From Minisyncoccota bacterium (GTDB lineage Bacteria > Patescibacteriota > Minisyncoccia > UBA6257 > 2-01-FULL-56-20): 53,769 bases of DNA. The translations under genes were made by a program, and so were the position numbers. The stretch spans positions 1 through 53,769 of the forward strand of contig JANWIW010000029.1 in NCBI GenBank assembly GCA_025449695.1, given 5' to 3'. Positions 26,109-35,730 of the stretch are shown here, in pieces (position 1 is the stretch's first letter; the number at the start of each line of letters is the position of its first letter). A model generated the notes under the pieces. The model ran no database searches, was not told the origin of the DNA, and saw only the letters and a list, made by a program, of their open reading frames with translations.

Positions 26109-27072
26109 GCCGCAGAAAACGGCCTTGCCGCGCGGCTTCTGGAAGCTCATCGCGCTCGAGCTCATCGCGCTCGGCCTCACGGCCTGGATGGGCCGCTGGC
26201 TCGCGGGCTATCTTCACGGCGGCATAGCGCTTGCCTGGCTTCTGCCCGTCGCCGGAGCCACGTTTATTGCCCATGCTTTCGCGAGCGTGTTCAATCCTTT
26301 GCGCCCGCGGCGGATCATCGTCGCCCTTCTTCAGATCATCGTCTTCCTCCTCGCGTACCTCAGTCTCGGCGGCGTGCCTCTCAGCCTGGCCAGCTGGGCC
26401 GCGGCTGCCGTGCTCGTCTTTTCCGTGTGGGGGGACGAGGCTCTCTGGGCGGAACTTCAGAACCGGTTGCGCCTTTCCTTTATCTCACTGGCCCATCGTA
26501 AGATCGCCCGCGCGCTCACCGGCTATCTTCTGGCGGGCATCATCCTTTCCATGCCCGCCTGGCAGGACCAACCCCTGCCCATCCCCGAATCGCAGTTCCG
26601 CTCTTTCTACGAGAGTTCGGTGAGGATGGCGGGCGTGCTCTTCCCGGGGGTGAAGCTTGATGCTACGGTGGGAGCTTTCGCGGAAAGCGTGATCAGGAAG
26701 CAGGTCCAGGGCAATGGCGGTTTTGAGGCGTTGCCGGGGGACGTCCGGGACGCGCAGATCCGGCAGGCGGCAGAGACCATGATCAGGGACGCCTCCAAGA
26801 ACCTGGATATACCAATCGAGCACAGCATGCGCTTGGCCGACGTGTTCTACGTGTATCTCGCGAAGAGCATGGCTACGTGGAAATCCCGTCTGGGCGGCAG
26901 CTTTACGCTGATCTGGGCCATGTGCGTTTTCATATTCTTGCGTGGCTTGGGGACCCTCCTCGTTTGGGCTGCGGCCCTGGCAGGGGGCCTCTGTTACGGG
27001 ATCATGATCGCGTTCGGCTACGCGTCAGTGGCGGGAGAGTCGGCCGTCCGGGAGAAGCTGATGCTGACGTAG
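26041..27072 (+). CDS. multi-pass membrane protein (start uncertain; overlaps the dnaK end)
   Basis: several hydrophobic segments with a large soluble loop. Confidence 0.75.
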   Translation: MDKIPSLLNRSPVPTKDLLAQVEPQKTALPRGFWKLIALELIALGLTAWMGRWLAGYLHGGIALAWLLPVAGATFIAHAFASVFNPLRPRRIIVALLQIIVFLLAYLSLGGVPLSLASWAAAAVLVFSVWGDEALWAELQNRLRLSFISLAHRKIARALTGYLLAGIILSMPAWQDQPLPIPESQFRSFYESSVRMAGVLFPGVKLDATVGAFAESVIRKQVQGNGGFEALPGDVRDAQIRQAAETMIRDASKNLDIPIEHSMRLADVFYVYLAKSMATWKSRLGGSFTLIWAMCVFIFLRGLGTLLVWAAALAGGLCYGIMIAFGYASVAGESAVREKLMLT

Positions 27073-27171
27073 ATGCCCCAAGCGTTATAATCGTTCTAGC
27101 CGTTCTAAACGTCGTAGTCGCAGGTCCAGTCGTCTAGAACGCATAGAACGATTACAACGATTAGCACACAT

Positions 27172-28278
27172 ATGAAAGACTACTACAAAATCCTGGGCGT
27201 AGATAAAAACGCCTCCGACGAGGACATCAAGAAGGCGTTCCGCAAGCTTGCCCACCAGCATCATCCCGACAAGGGTGGAGGGGACGAGGCCAAGTTCAAG
27301 GAAGCGAACGAGGCCTACCAAGTCCTCTCCAATAAAGAGAAGCGGGCACAGTACGACCGTTTCGGTACCGCGGATCCGTTTGGCTCCTCCGCCGGAGGCG
27401 GACCAGCGGGTGGGTGGCAGAATATGAACTGGGAGGACCCCGGCTCGTGGGCCGGGGCAGGTTTCCCGGGCGGCGTAGATATGGGCGATCTGGGAGATAT
27501 CTTCGATCTTTTCACCGGCGGCGGGCGCGGGACCCGGACGGTGTCGCACGGCTCGGACCTCGAGCTCTTGGAGGAAATCACTCTGGAGGATGCCTTCCGC
27601 GGCGTCACTAAGCCGGTGACCATCGCGACCTGGATCGGCTGTGGCGTGTGCAAGGGTGAAGGCGGGGATCCTGGCGCGGGCACCGAAACTTGTTCCGTTT
27701 GCGGCGGGCAAGGCCAGGTGCGGGAGGAGCGTAGGACATTTTTTGGCAGTTTCGCCCAGGTGAAGACCTGTGCCCGCTGCCAGGGCCGGGGCAGCCTGCC
27801 GAAGAAGCCCTGCGAGAACTGCAAAGGCAAGGGCCGGGTGCAGGGCGAGCGTTCCACCACCCTCGAGATACTTCCCGGCATCCAGGACGGCCAGTTGATC
27901 CAGCTGAAGGGCTTCGGCGAGGCGGGAGAGCGGGGCACGCAGGCAGGCGATCTTTATGTCCGGGTGCGGGTCAAACCACACGCGAAGTTCGCTCGGCAGG
28001 CTGACGATCTGGTCGTCCGGCATGAACTGAAAGTGAAGGACATTCTTCTCGGGAAGCCTGTCCTCGTGCCCACTATAGAGGGCGGACAGGCGGAGTTCGA
28101 AGTGCCGGCCGGTTTCGACTTGAAGCAGCCCTACCGCATCCCGGGCAAGGGCATGCCGCGCTTCGGGTCGCGCCCTGGCCGGGCAGGCAGCCGCGGCGAC
28201 CTTCTGGTGGACTTCATCATCAAAGCGCCGAAGAAGCTCGCCGAAAAGGAAAGAAAAGTGCTGGAAGAGGGGGATTAG
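27172..28278 (+). CDS. dnaJ: chaperone DnaJ
   Basis: J domain HPD, G/F region, four CxxCxGxG repeats. Confidence 0.98.
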   Translation: MKDYYKILGVDKNASDEDIKKAFRKLAHQHHPDKGGGDEAKFKEANEAYQVLSNKEKRAQYDRFGTADPFGSSAGGGPAGGWQNMNWEDPGSWAGAGFPGGVDMGDLGDIFDLFTGGGRGTRTVSHGSDLELLEEITLEDAFRGVTKPVTIATWIGCGVCKGEGGDPGAGTETCSVCGGQGQVREERRTFFGSFAQVKTCARCQGRGSLPKKPCENCKGKGRVQGERSTTLEILPGIQDGQLIQLKGFGEAGERGTQAGDLYVRVRVKPHAKFARQADDLVVRHELKVKDILLGKPVLVPTIEGGQAEFEVPAGFDLKQPYRIPGKGMPRFGSRPGRAGSRGDLLVDFIIKAPKKLAEKERKVLEEGD

Positions 28279-28333
28279 TGGATTGCTCTATTCCACCGGC
28301 GTCCCGCATATTCCATCTAACGATCCTGCGCTT

Positions 28334-29095
28334 CTACTTCAGCGAATTCCAGAGCGAATCGAAGATAAGAAGCTGCGTGGCGTATATGCCGTCGTCTTCG
28401 ATGATGAGGCCGTGCGGGACGCCGTCCTGATTCACCGATATCATCGCTACCTTTCCGGCGTAGATGAGCGTGTAGATCGGCGTACGCTCATCTTTCGTGA
28501 GCCATTTGCGTTTGTCTCGGCCTTGCATCTCGCCGCCGGAGCCAATGGCTATCGCGCGCACTGCAATCTTCCGCCGAATGCGCTCTTCAGTGAAGCTCGG
28601 AAAGGCGTTCTTCTGGTAAAGATATGGCCGGATCGCGGACGATGAATATGCGGCATACTCCTTCTGCGGCAGTTGTTCCGTCGCATCGAGCACGTCCTCG
28701 AGGATCGTGCGGAGACCGGTGTATCCTTTATAGTACTTTACGGCCGGGCTGTTTCCTGCCGGCCGGGTGAGCGCATGGAGGTAAGGGAGAAGGTCTCGTA
28801 TGTCCGCTTCGGCGCGTTCGATATCCTGCTTCTTCCGCGCAAGAAGATTCAAAAGCGCCTTGGGTTCTTCAGCAACAAAGTGTTGACGGGTCTCTTTATG
28901 GTAGTAGGAAACCAGTCCTTTTTTTTGGAGTTCTTTTAACGCATCATGCGTCGTTCCGCGATTCACGCCCGCCTGTTCGGCGATCTTCCGGATGGCTGAA
29001 GGTCCGAGCGTGAGCAGGGCAAGATACACCGCCACTTCCTTCGGGTTCAGGCCCAGCCCCTCGAGGCCAGCGTGAACATCTTTTTCATTGCTCAT
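28334..29095 (-). CDS. TrmB-family transcriptional regulator
   Basis: LGLNPKEVAVYLALL, HTH, LQKKGLVS, YIYAGKVA-like C-terminal domain. Confidence 0.85.
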   Translation of the reverse strand: MSNEKDVHAGLEGLGLNPKEVAVYLALLTLGPSAIRKIAEQAGVNRGTTHDALKELQKKGLVSYYHKETRQHFVAEEPKALLNLLARKKQDIERAEADIRDLLPYLHALTRPAGNSPAVKYYKGYTGLRTILEDVLDATEQLPQKEYAAYSSSAIRPYLYQKNAFPSFTEERIRRKIAVRAIAIGSGGEMQGRDKRKWLTKDERTPIYTLIYAGKVAMISVNQDGVPHGLIIEDDGIYATQLLIFDSLWNSLK

Positions 29096-29320
29096 GGTAA
29101 TGATTGTTACCGCAAAGGTAGAAATTTGTCAAAGCATTTATTGACAGGTTTGAATTTCTGCTTCAAATATATCCATTTTTTTGTCATAAATCATGTCAAA
29201 GAAAGCGTTGACTTTATTTGCTTCAATATATACTCTCCGGGGTAGGAACTAGGAGCGGGAGGAGTGGGGTATATGCCCCTCTCCTCGATTTACAACCGAA
29301 AACCGGAAAGGACGAGTGAG

Positions 29321-30115
29321 ATGAGAACACGGGTGATCATTCCCGCAGCCGGGAAAGGCACGCGCATGAGAGCATCCCTTCCCGGTCGTATCAGGGAGGA
29401 GACGGCAAAGGCGCTTTGTGAAGTGAGCGGCCGGCCGATGATTGTCACGCTTCTCGAGACAATCCTCGAGGCGCGGGTCGATCCGAAACCGGTCGTCGTC
29501 GTGAGCGAGGAAACGGGAGCGGAGGTCAGAGCTGTTCTTGGCGAATCGTGCGAGTATGCGGTTCAACAGGAGCGGCTCGGGACGGCGCATGCCGTCGCGT
29601 GTGCGGAACCGATTCTCAGGGGCCGGGCCGACACGGTGATGGTCTTTTACGCCGACATGCCCTTCGTCGCGGCATCGACGATCCGCAGCATCTGGGAGGC
29701 GCACGTGCGTGCGCTGCCTGTCATAACGATGGGAACAGTGACCGTCCCGGACTTCGAAGACTGGCGGCACTGCCTCTCCACCTACGGCAGAGTGGTGCGC
29801 AGTCACGAGGGCATCGTGCAGAAGATCGTTGAGATGAAAGACGCCGCGCCGGCCGAGCTCGAAATCAAGGAGGTGAGCCCCTCATTCTTCTGCTTCGACG
29901 CAGAATGGTTGTGGGAGACCCTTCCGAGGATCGGGCAGGGCAATGCGCAAGGTGAGCGGTACCTGCCGGACCTCGTGGGTATCGCGATCGAACGAGGGCG
30001 GCCCGTCGAAACGGTGGATGTCCCTCCCATCGACGCGATCGGCATCAACACGTTTGATGAGCTGACCCTTGCGCAGGGGCTCGACGAACGGCGTGCGGAA
30101 GGAGGATCGGAATGA
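29321..30115 (+). CDS. nucleotidyltransferase resembling the GlmU N-terminal domain (no acetyltransferase domain)
   Basis: IPAAGKGTRM, QQERLGTAHAV, YGRVVR, NAQGERYLPD, GINT. Confidence 0.85.
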   Translation: MRTRVIIPAAGKGTRMRASLPGRIREETAKALCEVSGRPMIVTLLETILEARVDPKPVVVVSEETGAEVRAVLGESCEYAVQQERLGTAHAVACAEPILRGRADTVMVFYADMPFVAASTIRSIWEAHVRALPVITMGTVTVPDFEDWRHCLSTYGRVVRSHEGIVQKIVEMKDAAPAELEIKEVSPSFFCFDAEWLWETLPRIGQGNAQGERYLPDLVGIAIERGRPVETVDVPPIDAIGINTFDELTLAQGLDERRAEGGSE

Positions 30116-31026
30116 ATTTCGATGCGCTCATTGGATTCTCGGCGAATCCTGAAGTCGTGGGGGTGTACGACTCGGCGTGCGATCGCGAGAAACTCCCACT
30201 GCTCGAGTTTCGGGTGGACCTGTCGGGGGCTGCGGCGGACGTCGCCACCGCGCTCCAGAAGCTGGGGCGTATGCCGCACCTTATGGGTCTGACGGGAACC
30301 GACCACAGCGATGAGGACGCCCTGTTCCAAATAGCACTTGAGAAGGCGCGGTTGTCGTTCACTCCCGTGCGCGTTCTCGATCGCACGAGCATCGCCTTTC
30401 TCCCCGTGGACAAGACGTCCAGGCCTCGGGTTGCCGGCCGTACAGGAACGGTGACCAGTCATGCGGCAACCCCGATTGTTACGGGAATTGCCAATGGGCA
30501 CAAGGGCGCATGGCGAGTCGCCACAGGGGTGCGCGTTTCTGACGTGGAATTTGCGAGCTCGCTGTACACGGACGCTGAGCCCGGGAAGCGAGTACTGAGC
30601 CCTCACCACACCGCGTGTGCAAGCAAGCTCCACGGCTTCGATGAGCTCCTTCGCAGCGCCGACCTGTTCGTCCTCAACGAACAGGAATGGAAGTGGATCG
30701 GAGGCGGAGCAGTGCTCAGCGATTTCCACTGCTTTGGGCCGAAGCTCATCATCGTCACTCAGGGTGAGAGCGGTGGGATGTATTCGCTCCGCGGCAGGCC
30801 GGGGGAGTTCCACGCGGCACAGTGTCCCGACAAGGCAATCTCCTCCGTGGGGGCAGGCGATTGGTTTCTCGGCGCGCTCGTTCACTCCTTCCTGGAGCAT
30901 GAACGCCACGTAGGAAACATCGATGTCTCCATGCTGGAGAGCTACCTTGCATTTGCGGCGAAGGTCGCCGCCAAAAAGGTCACCATGCCGGGCGCCGCGA
31001 ATGGTCCGACGCTCGAGGAAGTCTGA
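30112..31026 (+). CDS. PfkB-family carbohydrate kinase
   Basis: LNEQE, VTQGESG, SSVGAGDWF. Confidence 0.85.
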   Translation: MNFDALIGFSANPEVVGVYDSACDREKLPLLEFRVDLSGAAADVATALQKLGRMPHLMGLTGTDHSDEDALFQIALEKARLSFTPVRVLDRTSIAFLPVDKTSRPRVAGRTGTVTSHAATPIVTGIANGHKGAWRVATGVRVSDVEFASSLYTDAEPGKRVLSPHHTACASKLHGFDELLRSADLFVLNEQEWKWIGGGAVLSDFHCFGPKLIIVTQGESGGMYSLRGRPGEFHAAQCPDKAISSVGAGDWFLGALVHSFLEHERHVGNIDVSMLESYLAFAAKVAAKKVTMPGAANGPTLEEV

Positions 31027-31049
31027 GATTCAAGCGGTGATTCAATGAG

Positions 31050-31076
31050 AGAGGACGGCGATCGCCGTCCTCTTTT
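31050..31076. terminator. terminator between convergent genes
   Basis: AGAGGACGGCG-at-CGCCGTCCTCT followed by TTT. Confidence 0.7.
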
Positions 31077-31696
31077 CAATTTTGCGAAATAATGCGCTTG
31101 AGCTCGGAAAGCGTGGCGATACTGGAAAGGGACAGATGACCGGCGTCCAGAGGGGAAAAAGGAGAAAAAAGAATGCAGTGCAGGTTTGGGAAGGAATTCT
31201 GGACCGCTTCCGTTTCGGAAATGAGGTCGTTCACGAAATAGCTTCCTTCGGGGACGGCCATCCTTCTCAGCTCTTGGATCTTCCCGTCCGACGTGGGAAC
31301 GACGCGAATTTCATCGAAAAAGGGCGCAAGACCCGTTTGGCTAAGTTTTGTGCGTTGAAAACGCTCAATACCCTTCGTGAGGAGCGTGATCCGGAACCCT
31401 CTTGCCCGGAATTCCCCGAGAACCTCTTTCGCATCCGTCACGAGGTGTTTCTCAAATGAAGATGAGAGGAACGCATGTATCTTCTCAAGCGAGGCAATCT
31501 TTTTTTCATGCATGAGGTCCTCAGCGTGCCAGAGCATGTCGTAATTTCCTTCATGAGCCTTCATGAAAGCACTGGTCGACGAAACGATGGCTGCTTCGTC
31601 AAGGCCGCACGCTTCGAACGTGGCGATCATATCTTTCCGAAGCCCAACGGTATCGAAGAGAGTATGGTCGAGATCGAAAATGAAATACCTGTTCAT
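31076..31696 (-). CDS. HAD-family hydrolase
   Basis: FDLDHTL, LLTKG, K, VND motifs. Confidence 0.85.
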   Translation of the reverse strand: MNRYFIFDLDHTLFDTVGLRKDMIATFEACGLDEAAIVSSTSAFMKAHEGNYDMLWHAEDLMHEKKIASLEKIHAFLSSSFEKHLVTDAKEVLGEFRARGFRITLLTKGIERFQRTKLSQTGLAPFFDEIRVVPTSDGKIQELRRMAVPEGSYFVNDLISETEAVQNSFPNLHCILFSPFSPLDAGHLSLSSIATLSELKRIISQN

Positions 31697-31792
31697 GGAT
31701 CAGTTGCACCTGAAGTATACCCGATAGAAAACAAGAGGTGCATGCGTGAGCGCATGCACCTCCCTCATTGTAATGAGAGGGCCCCCGTGTAC

Positions 31793-32728
31793 TTACCTGC
31801 TTGGTAATGACCAGAGAGCCTGCAAGGTCTTCGCGACCCCTGCCTCGAACATGACGCGCGGTTTCCAGCCGAGCACGCGCGCGGCCCTCTGGGGGTCGAG
31901 CGAGATGCGCATGATCTCGCCCGGCCGGTGGGGCAGGTAACGCGGCTCTCCTTCGTAACCGAAGAACCTGGCGATGGTGTCGAACACCTGCCGGTCGGTG
32001 ACCTGCCTGCCCGAGGCAAGGTTCATGGTGGCGCCATGGCCCTTGGTCAGGGCGAGGACGTTCGCGCGAGCTATGTCCTCCACGGAGATATAGTCGCGGG
32101 TCTTCCTGCCATCGCCGAAGATGACTGGTTGTTCGCCGTGCTGCAGAAGGCCGCCGAAGATCGCCACCACCCCTCCTTCGCCTTGCGGGTTCTGGCGAGG
32201 ACCGTAGACGTTGCCGTAACGGAAAATGACGAATCGCATGCCGAAGAGATCCGCGTAATAGCGGATGGCAGCCTCATCCATCACCTTCGAAAGGCCGTAC
32301 GCCGACAGCGGCTCGAGCGGAGCCGATTCCGGAGTCGGATTCCTTTTCCGGACGCCGTAAGCCGCCGCCGTCGAGGCGAAGATGAACCTCTTATTGCGCA
32401 CGCCGGTCACTTTGCCGAAGGCTTGCAATACATTCACGGTGCCGACCACGTTGACCGCGAAGGTAGGCGTCGGGTTCACCACGGAATTCGCCACTTCGGC
32501 GATCGCGGCGTGATGGCTGACCACCTGCGGACGTTCCCTCTCAAAGATCCGGGCCCGGGCCCCGGGGTCTTCTATGTCCGCACCGTAGAATATAGCCTTG
32601 CGGTTCACGTTGCGGCGAACGCCGCTGTGAAGATTGTCGACCACAGCGACGTGATGGCCGAGCTCCATGTAGGCATCTACGACGTGGCTTCCGATGAAAC
32701 CCGCCCCTCCCGTTACTAAGATTCTCAT
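31793..32728 (-). CDS. NAD-dependent epimerase (UDP-glucose 4-epimerase-like)
   Basis: VTGGAGFIGSH, YGLSK, NVYGPRQ, TRDY; GGAG RBS places the start at 32728. Confidence 0.92.
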   Translation of the reverse strand: MRILVTGGAGFIGSHVVDAYMELGHHVAVVDNLHSGVRRNVNRKAIFYGADIEDPGARARIFERERPQVVSHHAAIAEVANSVVNPTPTFAVNVVGTVNVLQAFGKVTGVRNKRFIFASTAAAYGVRKRNPTPESAPLEPLSAYGLSKVMDEAAIRYYADLFGMRFVIFRYGNVYGPRQNPQGEGGVVAIFGGLLQHGEQPVIFGDGRKTRDYISVEDIARANVLALTKGHGATMNLASGRQVTDRQVFDTIARFFGYEGEPRYLPHRPGEIMRISLDPQRAARVLGWKPRVMFEAGVAKTLQALWSLPSR

Positions 32729-32775
32729 GGTTTTTTCAACTCCTCCTTCAAATTTCCTTGCCCGGATGAACCATA

Positions 32776-33519
32776 CTATGAAAATAATCCCTGGGCAATG
32801 CGAAGCTGTTCTGGCGTATTCACACCGATGCATTCCCGCGGCTCTATAGCTACCGAGCCTACGGGATGGCCCTCCTCGACGGCAAGACGGACCAGATCGG
32901 TCAGATAGTATTCGCCCTGAGCATTCCGATTCTTGAGCTGTGGCAGGCTTGCCCAAAGCCATTCAGCGTTGAAGCAAAAGAAGGAAGGATTGACCTCTTT
33001 TATATCCAGCTCCTCGGGCGAGGCATCCTTGCGTTCGATGATGTCTACGATGGTACCGTCCTCATCTCGTATCACTCTGCCGAAGTCGTAGAGGATCGCA
33101 TGCCACCCTTCGTAGGCGGGGACTTCCGTGGTCATCATGGTCAGCACCGCACCGCTCCTTGCATGTGCATCATGGAGCTTGCGGATGGTCGCGGCCGTCA
33201 CGAACGGCTGATCGCCGTAGAGGACGATCACGGTGTCCGCTTTGCCGGCGAGCGCGGCTTCGGCGGCTCGCACCGCATGGCCGGTACCATGCTGTTCCAT
33301 CTGCACGGCGTACTCGTAGCCGGAACCCAAAGCTGCGCGGAGTTCTTGTTCGTTATGCGGACCAACGACAATCACCGGCCGGGAATCAAGGCCGGACTCC
33401 CGCACGGCCTGGAGGAGGTGCAGGATCATGGGTTTCTCCTCGATCTCGAGGAGTACTTTGATGGCACCTTGCATGCGCGTGCTCTTGCCGCCGGCAAGGA
33501 TAACGATGCGGGTGGACAT
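32776..33519 (-). CDS. second GlmU N-terminal-like nucleotidyltransferase
   Basis: ILAGGKSTRM, QHGTGHAV, YGDQP, NAQGEYYLTD, GVNT. Confidence 0.88.
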   Translation of the reverse strand: MSTRIVILAGGKSTRMQGAIKVLLEIEEKPMILHLLQAVRESGLDSRPVIVVGPHNEQELRAALGSGYEYAVQMEQHGTGHAVRAAEAALAGKADTVIVLYGDQPFVTAATIRKLHDAHARSGAVLTMMTTEVPAYEGWHAILYDFGRVIRDEDGTIVDIIERKDASPEELDIKEVNPSFFCFNAEWLWASLPQLKNRNAQGEYYLTDLVRLAVEEGHPVGSVAIEPRECIGVNTPEQLRIAQGLFS

Positions 33520-33624
33520 AGGATTCGTAGGATACACGAGGATAAAGAAGACGGGAAGAAGAGGAGGGAAGCATCGCTGCCTCGGGAGGGTCCTCACGAT
33601 ATGCGTAGGTCATCCTCCGCCGCG

Positions 33625-33952
33625 TGCCCCCACCAGGGATCCGCCTGGGCGCTTCGCTAGGCATTCCCTGAATATCCGTTGCCTTCGGCAACTGCAACTA
33701 TTGAAGTCAGAACTGGGACCATCTCCTTATCGCAGGCAGCGAAGTGCCATATGAATAAGCATATCCTTATTTTCCTCTTTGTGCCCCCACCAGGATTCGA
33801 ACCTGGGACCATCTCCTTAAAAGGGAGCTGCTCTACCAACTGAGCTATAGGGGCACAAAGAGGAAAAAATCGAAGCTTATTCATATGACAACGAGCGAAC
33901 CTGCGAGCCCAAAGGGCAAAGGGAGCTGCTCTACCAACTGAGCTATAGGGGC
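33625..33952 (-). pseudogene. outer tRNA-Lys copy split into three pieces by insertions in the anticodon loop and T loop
   Basis: 33918-33954, 33713-33729 and 33624-33637 are identical to successive parts of the intact tRNA. Confidence 0.8.
33782..33854 (-). tRNA. tRNA-Lys(UUU), CCA not encoded
   Basis: GCCCCTATAGCTCAGTTGGTAGAGCAGCTCC-CTTTTAA-GGAGATGGTCCCAGGTTCGAATCCTGGTGGGGGCA cloverleaf. Confidence 0.95.
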
Positions 33953-34072
33953 ACGCGGCGGACAATGAGCGCTACAGGGAGATGAACGGGAGGAATTGAG
34001 CTTATAAACAGGAGAAGTATAGTTCGGCAAGGGCCATTTTTCAAACATAAATGCCGCTTTCATACAAATTCG

Positions 34073-34232
34073 CCCCGTTCGAGACAGCCAAGCGAGGTGT
34101 TTCTGTGGATAGTCTAAGTATTTGAAGATCATAAGATATATCAGTAGCTATGCTTTCGTTCGCGGAAGCGCTGTACTAGGCACGAACCCCTGATAACTAT
34201 CGAATTACAAGCGCTGCCTGTCTCGAATGGGG
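34073..34232. mobile_element. possible MITE (15-bp terminal inverted repeats)
   Basis: CCCCGTTCGAGACAG / CTGTCTCGAATGGGG (14 of 15 match) around an AT-richer core. Confidence 0.35.
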
Positions 34233-34387
34233 TTCATTTACTTTTTACGAGCTTCGTGTTTAAATAGACAACACTTACGCGTCCCGTGGGAGGCGCGATC
34301 CAGACCAACCATGATCCTCAAGATTCTTTTTGCGGTAAAAGGCCGTCAGCTTGCCGGAACGCTCTGCGTTTCGTGCCTCTAACCGGG

Positions 34388-35665
34388 ATGCGAGGGAACA
34401 AGGGACTCCTGTTCGCGCTTATCGTGCTCCTCGCCATCGCTGCGGGGGTTTTTGTGTATCCCAAGGGCTTCGGCGCGAAGTATCGTCCCTGGCGGCTCGG
34501 CCTCGACCTCGTCGGCGGCAGCCACCTGGTCTATAAGGTGGATCTCTCCAACGTGCCCGCTTCCGACCAGGATTCCGTCCTGAACGGCCTCCGGGACGTG
34601 ATCGAGAAGAGGATCAACAACTTCGGCGTGGCCGAGCCGTACGTTTACATCGCGAAGTCAGGCAATGAGAACAACCTTGTGGTAGAACTCGCCGGCATCA
34701 AGAATGTCTCCGATGCGGTGAAAGAGATCGGCGCGACGCCATTCCTCGACTTCCGCGAAGTGAGCAGCGGGGTGAGCACGAGCACCTCCACGCCGGGCGC
34801 CGTCGATTATACCTTCACTCCGACCGACCTGACCGGCCGCTACGTGACCGGGGCGGCGATGTCCTTCGACCCGACCACTAATTCGCCGCAGGTGGACATA
34901 TCTTTCAACGACGAGGGCGCGAAGATATTCGAGGCGCTGACCGAGAAGAACATCGGGAAGCCTTTGGCTATTTTCTTGGATAACGAGCTGATTGAGATGC
35001 CGACCGTGCAAGGCAAGATCGCCGGCGGCAAGGCGCAGATCACCGGCCGGTTCACCCTCGATGCGGCCCGGGAGCTCGTGGAGCGCTTCAACGCGGGCGC
35101 GCTGCCCGCGCCGGTGACCCTTGTCGACCAGTCCACGACGAGCGCTACGCTCGGCAAGGATTCCCTGCGCGCCGCCATCATCGCGGGCATCATCGGCACC
35201 CTGCTCGTCATTCTTTTCATGCTCATCTACTACCGTTCGCTCGGCGTCTTCGCCGCAGTCGCCCTCCTTATCTATATTGCCCTGACTCTGGCCGTGTTCA
35301 AGCTGGTGCCTATTACCCTGACTCTCGCGGGCGTGGCGGGCTTCATTCTGACCATAGGCATGGCCGTGGATGCGAATATCCTGGTTTTCGAGCGCGTCAA
35401 AGAAGAGATGAAGCGGGGCCTTACCCGGAGTGCCGCCATGCACGAGGGTTTCCGACAGGCCTGGCCGTCCATTCGCGACTCCAACAGTTCCACGATCATC
35501 ACTGCCATCATCCTCTACTTCTTCACTACGAGCTTCGTGCGGGGCTTCGCGCTGACTCTTTTCCTCGGCGTGGTCATCTCCATGTTCACCGCCATCACCG
35601 CCACCCGGCTAATGCTCGACGTGTTCGCAAGGGACCGCAAGCAGAATCTAGAATCGAGAATCTAG
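34388..35665 (+). CDS. secD: protein translocase subunit SecD
   Basis: LGLDLVGG, IEKRINNFGVAEP, AGALP, GMAVDANIL, IRDSN. Confidence 0.96.
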   Translation: MRGNKGLLFALIVLLAIAAGVFVYPKGFGAKYRPWRLGLDLVGGSHLVYKVDLSNVPASDQDSVLNGLRDVIEKRINNFGVAEPYVYIAKSGNENNLVVELAGIKNVSDAVKEIGATPFLDFREVSSGVSTSTSTPGAVDYTFTPTDLTGRYVTGAAMSFDPTTNSPQVDISFNDEGAKIFEALTEKNIGKPLAIFLDNELIEMPTVQGKIAGGKAQITGRFTLDAARELVERFNAGALPAPVTLVDQSTTSATLGKDSLRAAIIAGIIGTLLVILFMLIYYRSLGVFAAVALLIYIALTLAVFKLVPITLTLAGVAGFILTIGMAVDANILVFERVKEEMKRGLTRSAAMHEGFRQAWPSIRDSNSSTIITAIILYFFTTSFVRGFALTLFLGVVISMFTAITATRLMLDVFARDRKQNLESRI

Positions 35666-35730
35666 AATCTACATGCAAACCTCGATATCCAACATCAGAT
35701 TCCAGATTCCAGATTCTAACTACTATCCTC

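Noticed and set aside
33730-33917. Group I intron in tRNA-Lys
   Set aside because: The insert has no terminal G or P7-like core; it is an inverted repeat enclosing a whole tRNA.
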